This document shows positions 55,897 to 64,000 of a stretch of 64,000 nt of DNA, piece after piece. The stretch lies in assembly GCA_047602425.1 (NCBI GenBank), contig JASGHG010000001.1, positions 2,976,001 through 3,040,000 on the forward strand. Direction: 5' to 3'. The notes below the pieces were generated by a model. That model was given only the letters and a program-made list of their open reading frames with translations, did not search any database and was not told the origin of the DNA. Each line of letters begins with the position of its first letter. The first letter of the stretch is position 1. The stretch comes from Nibricoccus sp. (lineage in GTDB: Bacteria; Verrucomicrobiota; Verrucomicrobiia; Opitutales; Opitutaceae). The translations under genes were made by a program, and so were the position numbers.

Positions 55897-56172
55897 ATGG
55901 CACGTTCCATCAAAAAAGGCTTTTTCGTTGATCTGCACCTCCTCGAAAAAATCGAGAAGGCAGTCAAAACCGGCGCCAAGAAGCCCATCCAGACTTGGTC
56001 GCGTCGTTCGACCATCACGCCCGACTTCATCGGCCACACCTTCAATGTTCACAACGGCAAGGCGTTCGTCGCCGTGTACGTCACCGAGAACATGGTCGGC
56101 CACAAGCTCGGCGAATTCGCTCCGACCCGCGTCTTCAAGGCGCACGGCGGCATGACCCGCAAAGAAATCTAA
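55897..56172 (+). CDS. rpsS: 30S ribosomal protein S19
   Basis: TWSRRS, GHKLGEF. Confidence 0.98.
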   Translation: MARSIKKGFFVDLHLLEKIEKAVKTGAKKPIQTWSRRSTITPDFIGHTFNVHNGKAFVAVYVTENMVGHKLGEFAPTRVFKAHGGMTRKEI

Positions 56173-56252
56173 CTTTTAACCAAAACCAAAAGGGCAGGGT
56201 GCCGCTCGCGCGACGCTGCTGCCGCCTCCGAAAACGAAGGAATCCCGCACAC

Positions 56253-56594
56253 ATGGAAATCCAAGCCCTCACACGCTACGCGCGCATGTCTCCTAAAAAG
56301 ATGCGCGAAGTCGCTCGCACCGTTCAAGGCCGCAAGGCCACCGAGGCGGTCGATCTGCTCACGCTCATCCCGCGCAAATCCGCGCGTCTCATCGTCAAGA
56401 CGCTCAAGAGCGCCATCGCGAACGCCGAGAACAACAACAACCTCTCCGCCGACTCCCTCGTCGTGAAGAGCGCCATCATCGAAAACGGCCCGGTCCTGAA
56501 ACGCTTCAAGGCCGCCGCTCGCGGTTCCGCCGCGCCCCGCCGCAAGAAGATGTCCCACATCCGCATCGTCCTCTCGGACGGCAACACCAACTAA
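56253..56594 (+). CDS. rplV: 50S ribosomal protein L22
   Basis: [16 protein letters not shown]. Confidence 0.97.
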   Translation: MEIQALTRYARMSPKKMREVARTVQGRKATEAVDLLTLIPRKSARLIVKTLKSAIANAENNNNLSADSLVVKSAIIENGPVLKRFKAAARGSAAPRRKKMSHIRIVLSDGNTN

Positions 56595-56602
56595 CCTTCG
56601 CC

Positions 56603-57235
56603 ATGGGCCAAAAAACCAATCCTACAGGTTTCCGTCTCGCCGTCCGCCGCAACTGGCAGTCCCGCTGGTACGCGACCAAAAAAGATTTCGGCAAGCTCCT
56701 CGCCGAAGACCAGCTGATCCGTGAGAAACTCATGGAAAAGCTCAAGCAGGCCTCCGTGCCGCGCATCTTCATCGAGCGCGCCTCGAACCGCGTCCGCGTC
56801 AAGATCTACACCGCCCGTCCCGGCATCGTCATCGGTCGCAAGGGCCAGGAAATCGAGAAGATCAAGGAAGAGCTCGCGAAGCTCACCGGCAAAGAAATCC
56901 TTCTCGACATCCAGGAGGTCAAGAAGCCCGAGATCGAAGCCCAGCTCGTCGCTGAGAACGTCGCTCTCCAGCTTGAACGCCGCATTGCTTTCCGCCGCGC
57001 CATGAAGAAGGCCGTTGAAATGGCCATGACCCTCGGCGCCGAAGGCATCCGTATCCAATGCTCCGGCCGTCTCGGTGGCGCTGATATCGCCCGCCGCGAA
57101 TGGCAGCGCAAAGGCCGCGTGCCGCTGCACACCCTGCGCGAAAACATCGACTACGGATTCTCCGAGGCGAAGACCGTCTACGGCAAGATCGGCGTCAAAT
57201 GCTGGATCTGCAAAAAAGAAGCCGACAACAACTAA
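56603..57235 (+). CDS. rpsC: 30S ribosomal protein S3
   Basis: [16 protein letters not shown]. Confidence 0.98.
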   Translation: MGQKTNPTGFRLAVRRNWQSRWYATKKDFGKLLAEDQLIREKLMEKLKQASVPRIFIERASNRVRVKIYTARPGIVIGRKGQEIEKIKEELAKLTGKEILLDIQEVKKPEIEAQLVAENVALQLERRIAFRRAMKKAVEMAMTLGAEGIRIQCSGRLGGADIARREWQRKGRVPLHTLRENIDYGFSEAKTVYGKIGVKCWICKKEADNN

Positions 57236-57275
57236 TCCGCCCCTCCAAGGCACAAGACTTTAGGAGAATTCCTCC

Positions 57276-57698
57276 ATGGCTCTCTCACCCGCACGCACCA
57301 AATATCGTAAATCGCAGAAAGGCTCACGCGCCGGAAATGCAAAGCGCGGCAATACGCTCGCCTTCGGCGATTTCGGCCTGCAATCCCTCACCCGCGGTCC
57401 CATGACCGGCCAGCAGATCGAGGCCGCGCGCGTCACCATCTCGCGCCACCTCAAACGCAAGGGCAAACTCTGGATCCGCGTGTTCCCGCACAAGCCCGTC
57501 ACCAAGAAGCCCGCCGAAGTGCGCCAAGGCCAGGGTAAGGGTCCGGTCGAGTTCTACATCGCCCAGATCCGCCCCGGCGCCGTTCTCTTCGAACTCGCCG
57601 GCGTTCCTGCCACCATCGCCAAGGAGGCCTTCCGCCTCGCCGACGCGAAACTGCCCTTCCACTGCCGTTTCATCGTGCGTGAAGGCATCGCCACCTAA
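57276..57698 (+). CDS. rplP: 50S ribosomal protein L16
   Basis: QIEAAR, WIRVFP. Confidence 0.98.
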   Translation: MALSPARTKYRKSQKGSRAGNAKRGNTLAFGDFGLQSLTRGPMTGQQIEAARVTISRHLKRKGKLWIRVFPHKPVTKKPAEVRQGQGKGPVEFYIAQIRPGAVLFELAGVPATIAKEAFRLADAKLPFHCRFIVREGIAT

Positions 57699-57724
57699 CT
57701 GTAACCGCCAAACGGATACGCAAC

Positions 57725-57919
57725 ATGACTTCCAAAGAAATCCGCGACCTCTCGGTTACCGAGATTGAAACCAAGCTCCGCGAAGCCCGCGAGCAGCTCC
57801 TCCAACTCCGCCTGCGCAAGAACACCGGCCAGGTCGAAAAGACCCACGAGATCCGCGTGCTCCGCAAGGACATTGCCCGCCTCGAAACCGTCCGCACCCA
57901 GAAAAAGGCCGCCGCCTGA
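57725..57919 (+). CDS. rpmC: 50S ribosomal protein L29
   Basis: RKDIARLET; synteny. Confidence 0.96.
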   Translation: MTSKEIRDLSVTEIETKLREAREQLLQLRLRKNTGQVEKTHEIRVLRKDIARLETVRTQKKAAA

Positions 57920-57952
57920 ACCCAGGTCCACCGCCAATAACCTTTAAAGACC

Positions 57953-58306
57953 ATGTCCTCTCCGACACGTAACAAACGCAAAGACCTCATCGGCTTCGTC
58001 ACCAGCCGCTCCGGCGACAAATCGATCAAGGTGACCGTCCCCTTCAAGACGCCGCACCCGCGTTACCACAAGGTCGTCAATCGCAAGACCGTCGTGCACG
58101 TTCACGACGAGAAGAACGAGACCAAGGTCGGCGACAAGGTCGAGATCATGGAATCCCGCCCGATCAGCCGCCTCAAGCGTTGGCGCGTCATCCGCGTCAT
58201 CGAGGCTGCCGTCGTCGCCAGTGCCGCCGTGACCGAGGCCGACGTCGCCGAAGCCGTGCCCACCAAGACCACCCAGAGCAACTCTGCTCCGGAAACCTCC
58301 GCCTAA
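57953..58306 (+). CDS. rpsQ: 30S ribosomal protein S17 (with C-terminal extension)
   Basis: [14 protein letters not shown]. Confidence 0.96.
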   Translation: MSSPTRNKRKDLIGFVTSRSGDKSIKVTVPFKTPHPRYHKVVNRKTVVHVHDEKNETKVGDKVEIMESRPISRLKRWRVIRVIEAAVVASAAVTEADVAEAVPTKTTQSNSAPETSA

Positions 58307-58332
58307 CCAATCAACATCAGGAGGCTCCCGCC

Positions 58333-58698
58333 ATGATCCAACTACGTTCCATTCTCGAAGTCGCCGATAACACCGGCGCCCGCAAGGCCGCCTTCATCAG
58401 CCGCAAAGGTCAAAACACCGACACCGCGGCCGTGGGCGACATCATCACCGTTCACATCAAGGAAAGCACCACCGATGCCACCGTGAAGAAGGGCGAGGTC
58501 GCCAAGGCCGTCGTCGTTCGCACCAAGGCTCCGGTTCGTCGCTCCGACGGCAGCTACCTTCGCTTTGACAGCAACGCGATCGTCATCCTCGGCACCGACG
58601 GCAATCCCAAGGGCACCCGCATCTTCGGCCCGGTCGCTCGCGAACTGCGCGCGAAAAACTTCATGAAGATCATCTCGCTCGCTCCGGAGGTCCTCTAA
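58333..58698 (+). CDS. rplN: 50S ribosomal protein L14
   Basis: [18 protein letters not shown]. Confidence 0.98.
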   Translation: MIQLRSILEVADNTGARKAAFISRKGQNTDTAAVGDIITVHIKESTTDATVKKGEVAKAVVVRTKAPVRRSDGSYLRFDSNAIVILGTDGNPKGTRIFGPVARELRAKNFMKIISLAPEVL

Positions 58699-58699
58699 C

Positions 58700-58966
58700 A
58701 TGGCTACGAAATTTCACGTCAAACGCGGCGACCAAGTCGTCGTCATCGCCGGCTCCCACAAGGGCAAGTCGGGCAAAATCCTCGAAGTGCTGCCCTCGAA
58801 AGAGCGCGCCGTCGTCGAAGGCGTTGCGATGATCAAGCGGCATCTCAAGAAGTCGCAGGAGCATCCCAATGGCACGATCTCCGAACGCGAAGGCTCGATT
58901 CACATTTCGAACCTCATGAAGCAGGCCGACTTCGACAGCAGCAAACGCGCGAAGAAGACTGCCTAA
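58700..58966 (+). CDS. rplX: 50S ribosomal protein L24
   Basis: GDQVVVIAG, IHISN. Confidence 0.97.
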   Translation: MATKFHVKRGDQVVVIAGSHKGKSGKILEVLPSKERAVVEGVAMIKRHLKKSQEHPNGTISEREGSIHISNLMKQADFDSSKRAKKTA

Positions 58967-59148
58967 CCGAAAGCGAAGGAATAAATTTCAAGGTTCAAGT
59001 CACGAGTCATCAGCCCTGTTCGCAGTTTTCTTGGCCCTCGCCACTTGGTTCTTGATCCCTTCTTCGCCAAAGCACAACGTCGACCCTTTTCACCTTTAAA
59101 ACACAACTCTCCATGCCTCCGGGTCGGAAATCCGGTGGCCTCGCACCA

Positions 59149-59730
59149 ATGAGCAGTTACACACCCGTCCTCAAAAAACTCTACACCGAGCAGGTCGTTG
59201 CCGAGCTCGTGAAGAGCCGCGGCTACAAGAACAAGCACCAGATCCCGAAGATCACCAAGATCGTGCTTAACACCGGTATCGATGCCGATGCCGACAAGAA
59301 CCAGATCGCCGACGCCGCTCGCGACCTCGGCCTCATCGCCGGTCAAAAGCCCGTGCTTACCCGCACCCGCAAGGCGATCTCGAACTTCAAGCTGAAGCCC
59401 AACCAGGTCGTTGGCGCTTTCGTTACCCTCCGTGGCAATGCCATGTGGGAATTCCTTTACCGCCTCCTCGCCGTCGCTCTCCCGACCATCCGCGACTTCC
59501 GCGGTGTTTCGCCCAAGCTTGACGGCCAGGGCAACTACAACCTCGGCGTCACCGACTTCACCATCTTCCCCGAAATCACCGTGGAAAACGTGAAGAAACA
59601 AATGGGCCTCGACATCACCATCGTCACCACCGCTGAGACCGACGAAGAAGGTCGCGAACTACTCAAGCTCCTCGGCATGCCCTTCCGTCGTTCGGAAGCC
59701 GCTCCGGCCAAAGCCAACAACGCCGCGTAA
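59149..59730 (+). CDS. rplE: 50S ribosomal protein L5
   Basis: GQKP, VTLRG, RDFRG, IFPEI. Confidence 0.98.
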   Translation: MSSYTPVLKKLYTEQVVAELVKSRGYKNKHQIPKITKIVLNTGIDADADKNQIADAARDLGLIAGQKPVLTRTRKAISNFKLKPNQVVGAFVTLRGNAMWEFLYRLLAVALPTIRDFRGVSPKLDGQGNYNLGVTDFTIFPEITVENVKKQMGLDITIVTTAETDEEGRELLKLLGMPFRRSEAAPAKANNAA

Positions 59731-59750
59731 TTTCAAAATAGCTCATCGCC

Positions 59751-60056
59751 ATGCCGAAAACCTCCGCCATCGAACGCAACAAGAAGCGCATCCGCCTCGT
59801 TGAAAAATACAAGGTCAAGCGCGCCGAGCTGAAAGCGATCCTCGCCAACCCCGCCACGCCCGACGAAGAGTTCTTCGCCGCGCAGAAAAAGCTGGCCAAG
59901 CTCCCCCGCAATTCCTCGGCCGTCCGCGTCCGCAACCGCTGCTCGCTCTCCGGCCGCCCTCGCGGTTTCAAGCGCAAGTACGGCGTCTCCCGTCTCACCT
60001 TCCGCGAACTCGCGCTCGCCGGCAAAATCCCCGGCGTCACGAAATCCTCCTGGTAA
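59751..60056 (+). CDS. rpsN: 30S ribosomal protein S14 (long, Zn-free type)
   Basis: [21 protein letters not shown]; no CxxC pairs. Confidence 0.97.
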   Translation: MPKTSAIERNKKRIRLVEKYKVKRAELKAILANPATPDEEFFAAQKKLAKLPRNSSAVRVRNRCSLSGRPRGFKRKYGVSRLTFRELALAGKIPGVTKSSW

Positions 60057-60109
60057 ACTTTTTAGCCGGGAGTCGGATATGACCCGGCGACAACCAACCA
60101 ACATCCACC

Positions 60110-60502
60110 ATGACCGATCCAGTCAGTGACTTCCTCACCCGCCTCCGCAATGCGTCGAAGGCCGGACTCGCCGAATGCGTTTGCCCGCATTCCAAACTCA
60201 AGGAAAGCCTCGCCGGCATCCTTGCCGCCGAAGGCTATGTCTCCGGACACAGCAACGGCACCGACGAACTGGGCCACAAGACCCTCGTCGTGAAAATGAA
60301 GTACGTCGATAACGCTCCCGCGATCACGAACCTCACCCGCGTTTCCACGCCGGGCCGCCGCCTCTACTACCGCTACACCGAAATTCCGCGCGTCCTCAAC
60401 GGCCTCGGCATCAGCATCCTCTCGACTTCGAAAGGCCTGCTGAAAGACCAAGACTGCCGCCGCCAGAAGCTGGGTGGTGAACTCGTCTGCAACGTCTGGT
60501 AA
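60110..60502 (+). CDS. rpsH: 30S ribosomal protein S8
   Basis: TDPVSDFLTRLRNA, ILSTSKG, GGE. Confidence 0.98.
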   Translation: MTDPVSDFLTRLRNASKAGLAECVCPHSKLKESLAGILAAEGYVSGHSNGTDELGHKTLVVKMKYVDNAPAITNLTRVSTPGRRLYYRYTEIPRVLNGLGISILSTSKGLLKDQDCRRQKLGGELVCNVW

Positions 60503-60519
60503 CCGGAGATCGAATACAC

Positions 60520-61056
60520 ATGTCCCGCATCGGCAAAGTTCCCGTTCCCATTCCTGACAAAGTCAAAGTCGCCATCACCGATGGCACTGTTCTTGTTGAA
60601 GGACCAAAAGGAAAAGTTTCCAAAACGTTTTCTCCCGTCGTGAAGATCACCGTGGCCGACAAAAAGGTCACCGTGGCTCCCCTCGAGGAAACCCGTTTCG
60701 CCGGCGCCATGTATGGCACCGCGCGCTCCATCATCGCCGGCATGGTTAAAGGCGTGACCGAAGGCTACACCAAGGAGCTCGAAATCCAAGGCGTCGGCTT
60801 CAAGGCCAACCTCAAGGGCAAGCAGCTCGACCTCGCGCTCGGCTACTCGCACCCGATCCTCTTCGACATCCCGGAGGGCATCAAGATCACCGTCACCGAC
60901 CAGACCAAGCTCAAGATCGAAGGTGCTGACAAGCAGCTCGTCGGAGCCGTCACCGCCAACATCCGCGCCTACTATCCGCCCGAGCCTTACAAGGGCAAAG
61001 GTGTCCGTATCGTTGGCGAACGCGTCCGCCGCAAGGAAGGCAAGACCGTCGCTTAA
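60520..61056 (+). CDS. rplF: 50S ribosomal protein L6
   Basis: MSRIGK, PEPYKGKG. Confidence 0.98.
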   Translation: MSRIGKVPVPIPDKVKVAITDGTVLVEGPKGKVSKTFSPVVKITVADKKVTVAPLEETRFAGAMYGTARSIIAGMVKGVTEGYTKELEIQGVGFKANLKGKQLDLALGYSHPILFDIPEGIKITVTDQTKLKIEGADKQLVGAVTANIRAYYPPEPYKGKGVRIVGERVRRKEGKTVA

Positions 61057-61109
61057 TCGCGAACCGGTTGCTCCTCCTAAATCGCAAACTTTAAAACACA
61101 GATTCCAAA

Positions 61110-61472
61110 GTGAACACTATCCGCAAAGCAGACCTGCTCCAGAAACGCCGCTGGAGAATCCGCAAGAAGGTCAAAGGCACCGCCGAACGTCCGCGCCTCG
61201 CCGTTCGTTTCTCCGGCAAGCACATTTACGCCCAAGCCATCAACGACGACACCGCCAAGACCCTCGTCTTTCTGTCGAGCCTCGACGCCGAACTTCGCAA
61301 AAAGAAGCTCGCCGCCAACCTCGCCGGCGCGAAGGAACTCGGTGCCGCTTTCGCCTCCAAGGCCAAGGCCGCCGGTGTCAACACCGTCGTCTTCGACCGC
61401 TCTGGCGCTCCCTACCACGGTAAAGTTAAAGTATTCGCAGAAGCCGCTCGTGAAGGCGGTCTCGTATTCTAA
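61110..61472 (+). CDS. rplR: 50S ribosomal protein L18
   Basis: GTAERPRL, FDRSG.YHG. Confidence 0.97.
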   Translation: MNTIRKADLLQKRRWRIRKKVKGTAERPRLAVRFSGKHIYAQAINDDTAKTLVFLSSLDAELRKKKLAANLAGAKELGAAFASKAKAAGVNTVVFDRSGAPYHGKVKVFAEAAREGGLVF

Positions 61473-61478
61473 TCACAC

Positions 61479-62087
61479 ATGAGCACCGAAACCAATTCTC
61501 CGACCTCCCCGGAAGCCGCTCCTGCACCTTCTGGCCAGCCTCGCGAATCCTATCGCGGTGGCGGTCGCCGTGATTCCAATCGCGGACCCCGTCGTGACAA
61601 CCGCAGCCCTGAAAAGGCCGAGGGCGAATCCGACATGGTCGAAAAAGTCGTCTTCATCAACCGCTGCGCCAAAGTCGTTAAAGGCGGCCGTCGTTTCAGC
61701 TTCTCCGCGCTCGCCGTCGTCGGCGATCGCAAGGGCAACATCGGCATCGGCTACGGCAAGGCAAACGAAGTGCCGGACGCCATCAAGAAGAGCACAGAGC
61801 ACGCCAAGAAGCACCTCGTCAACGTCAAGCTCAAGGGTGATACCATCCCCCACGACGTTCTCGGCGAATACGACGGTGGCCGAGTTCTCCTCAAGCCCGC
61901 GTCGCCTGGTACCGGCCTCATCGCTGGTGGCGGTGTGCGTGCTGTGCTTGAAGCTGCTGGCGTCAAGAACGTGCTGACGAAGTCGATGGGCTCGAACAAC
62001 CACATTGCCGTGGTTCACGCGACCCTCAACGGTCTCCGCCAGCTTCGCCTCGCCGAGCAGATCAAAGCGACCCGCCAAGCCTCTTAA
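61479..62087 (+). CDS. rpsE: 30S ribosomal protein S5
   Basis: [20 protein letters not shown]. Confidence 0.98.
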   Translation: MSTETNSPTSPEAAPAPSGQPRESYRGGGRRDSNRGPRRDNRSPEKAEGESDMVEKVVFINRCAKVVKGGRRFSFSALAVVGDRKGNIGIGYGKANEVPDAIKKSTEHAKKHLVNVKLKGDTIPHDVLGEYDGGRVLLKPASPGTGLIAGGGVRAVLEAAGVKNVLTKSMGSNNHIAVVHATLNGLRQLRLAEQIKATRQAS

Positions 62088-62148
62088 TTAAAATCATCCG
62101 AGTCCTGCCCGCATAACCAAGCGGGTAGGGCGCTATCGAGGAACACAA

Positions 62149-62595
62149 ATGAAACTTCACGAACTCAAGAACGTTAAAGGTGCTGTGCACCGCAAGAAGC
62201 GCGTAGGCTGCGGCGAAGGCAGCGGCCACGGCAAGACCTCGGGCAAAGGTGGCAAAGGCCAGACCGCCCGTTCCGGTGGCTCCATCCGCCCCGGTTTTGA
62301 AGGCGGCCAGATGCCCCTTTACCGCAAGCTCCCGCACCGCGGCTTCAACAACTACAACTTCCGCACCAGCTACGCCACGATCAACGTTGGCGACCTCGCG
62401 GCGCTCGATGCCTCGGTTTCCGAGGTCAATGCCGAGGTTCTCAGCCAGGCCGGTCTCATCCGGGCTGACGGTGCTCAGCTCAAGATTCTTGGCACGGGAG
62501 AAATCAGCCGCGCGCTGAAGGTCACCGCCGCCAAGTTCTCCGAGTCCGCCAAGGCGAAACTCGAGAAGGCTGGTGGCCAGGCTATCGTCGCCTGA
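62149..62595 (+). CDS. rplO: 50S ribosomal protein L15
   Basis: GFEGGQMPLYR. Confidence 0.98.
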   Translation: MKLHELKNVKGAVHRKKRVGCGEGSGHGKTSGKGGKGQTARSGGSIRPGFEGGQMPLYRKLPHRGFNNYNFRTSYATINVGDLAALDASVSEVNAEVLSQAGLIRADGAQLKILGTGEISRALKVTAAKFSESAKAKLEKAGGQAIVA

Positions 62596-62700
62596 GCCCT
62601 TCAAATCTGGAATTCGAAATCGGAATTTAACCAATTCATACTGGCTAAATCCGATTTCGAACTCAAAGATCGTCCTTTTTCAATCTGACCACATAACCCC

Positions 62701-64000
62701 GTGCTATCCGCATTCACGAACTCGATGAAGATTCCCGAGCTCCGCTCGCGAATTTTCTACACCTTGGCACTGTTGTTCATTGCGCGTGTTGGCGCGCATA
62801 TCCCGCTCCCGGGTATCGATCCCGAACCACTCGCGACCTTCTTCGCGACGCAGTCCGGCGGCGTGGGTGGCAACATGGCCGCCATGTACAACATGTTCAC
62901 GGGTGGCGCGCTCATGAAAGGTGCGATCTGCGCGTTGGGCATCATGCCTTATATCAGTGCGTCGATTATTTTCCAGCTGATGGCGGCGGTTGTTCCGGCT
63001 CTTAGTCGTTTGCAGCAAGAAGGCGACGTCGGTCGTCAGAAGCTGACGCAGTACACCCGTTATGCGACGGTGATCATCTGCGTTGTGCAGGCTGTTTTGT
63101 TGATTCTCACGCTCGAAAATCCCGCCAAACTCTTCGGTCAAGGGTTCTCCGGAACGATTGTCATCATGCCCCATTGGAGCTTCCTGATGACGTCGGTTAT
63201 TTTCCTGACTGCCGGCACGATGCTCTTGATGTGGCTCGGCGAACAAATCACGCAGCGCGGCATTGGCAATGGCGTCTCGCTCCTGATCACGGTCGGCATT
63301 TTGGCCGACATCCCGGGTGCAGCCAGCGCGACTTACCACCTCTTCTTCGGTGCGATTGGCGTTAAAAAATTGAATGCCCTTCACGCCTCCGTGATGATCG
63401 CTCTCTTTGTCGCGGTCATCGTGTTCATCATCCTGATCGTGCAGGGTCAGCGCAAAATTCCGGTTCAGTATGCCAAGCGCGTCGTCGGCAACAAAGTCAT
63501 GGGCGGCCAGAGCTCATTCCTCCCGCTGAAGATCAATTACTCCGGCGTTATGCCCGTCATCTTCGCCAGCGCGATCCTGATGTTCCCCCAGCAGATTTTC
63601 TCTTGGTTGGGTTCGATCATGGATTGGAAGTGGATGGTTGAATTTTCGGCCAATCTTCTCCGCGGTCACTGGACCTATTACACCGGCTATACATTGCTCA
63701 TCCTTTTCTTCAGCTATTTCTGGGTCTCGGTTATGTTCAAGCCGATCCAGATCGCCGATGATCTCAAGAAATACGGCGGCTACATTCCCGGCGTTCGTCC
63801 CGGTGAACCGACTGCTAGTTTCCTCGATTTCATCATGACCCGCATGACGCTGGCCGGCGCCATCGCGCTCACCGCCATCGCGGTTACTCCCGATATTCTC
63901 CTCTTTGAACTCAACGTTCCGCAGCGCGTCGCCTACTTCTTCGGTGGCACGGGTATGCTGATCACCGTGGGCGTCATCCTCGACACCATGCGCCAGGTTG
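62701..64000 (+). CDS. secY: preprotein translocase SecY (runs off the window end)
   Basis: GTG start, IPELRSRI, LGIMPYISASII, WLGEQIT, GYIPGVRPG, FGGTG; no stop within the window. Confidence 0.97.
   Translation, partial: MLSAFTNSMKIPELRSRIFYTLALLFIARVGAHIPLPGIDPEPLATFFATQSGGVGGNMAAMYNMFTGGALMKGAICALGIMPYISASIIFQLMAAVVPALSRLQQEGDVGRQKLTQYTRYATVIICVVQAVLLILTLENPAKLFGQGFSGTIVIMPHWSFLMTSVIFLTAGTMLLMWLGEQITQRGIGNGVSLLITVGILADIPGAASATYHLFFGAIGVKKLNALHASVMIALFVAVIVFIILIVQGQRKIPVQYAKRVVGNKVMGGQSSFLPLKINYSGVMPVIFASAILMFPQQIFSWLGSIMDWKWMVEFSANLLRGHWTYYTGYTLLILFFSYFWVSVMFKPIQIADDLKKYGGYIPGVRPGEPTASFLDFIMTRMTLAGAIALTAIAVTPDILLFELNVPQRVAYFFGGTGMLITVGVILDTMRQV

Overview
GC-rich bacterial chromosome segment, probably Verrucomicrobiota/Opitutaceae. 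That assignment is inferred from the rpsL-rpsG-fusA-rpsJ order, the absence of rpmD, the atypical EF-Tu and the mostly SD-less starts. There are three zones. (1) 1-~6500 is the right part of an unusual mobile element. A tightly coupled + strand operon encodes a short DUF3486/Mu-gp27-like HTH protein, two unknown ORFs, a 520-aa tape-measure-like protein, a Mu-type DDE transposase and a MuB-like AAA+ ATPase. A candidate transposon end follows (two 22-bp units, then ..ACA). This may be a transposable phage satellite and is the top finding. (2) ~6500-35600 holds mixed genes: Gre-like factor, topoisomerase IB, glyoxalase, VIT/DUF2135 protein, OGG glycosylase, nrfHA behind an FNR-like box, PPi-PFK, a glycosylation cassette, a GH105 cluster, TatD, SufE, NERD, HtpX/LemA and TPR-ExbB-ExbD-TonB-like genes. 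(3) 35650-64000 is tRNA-Thr, tuf, tRNA-Trp, secE, nusG, rplKAJL, rpoBC, a 1.3-kb non-coding gap with a candidate small RNA, then the str/S10/spc cluster up to a truncated secY. Single-base indels in nrfA, nusG and rpoC are most likely sequencing or assembly errors, so every single-residue oddity below needs read-level confirmation. All calls come from motif recognition by eye; no searches were run.
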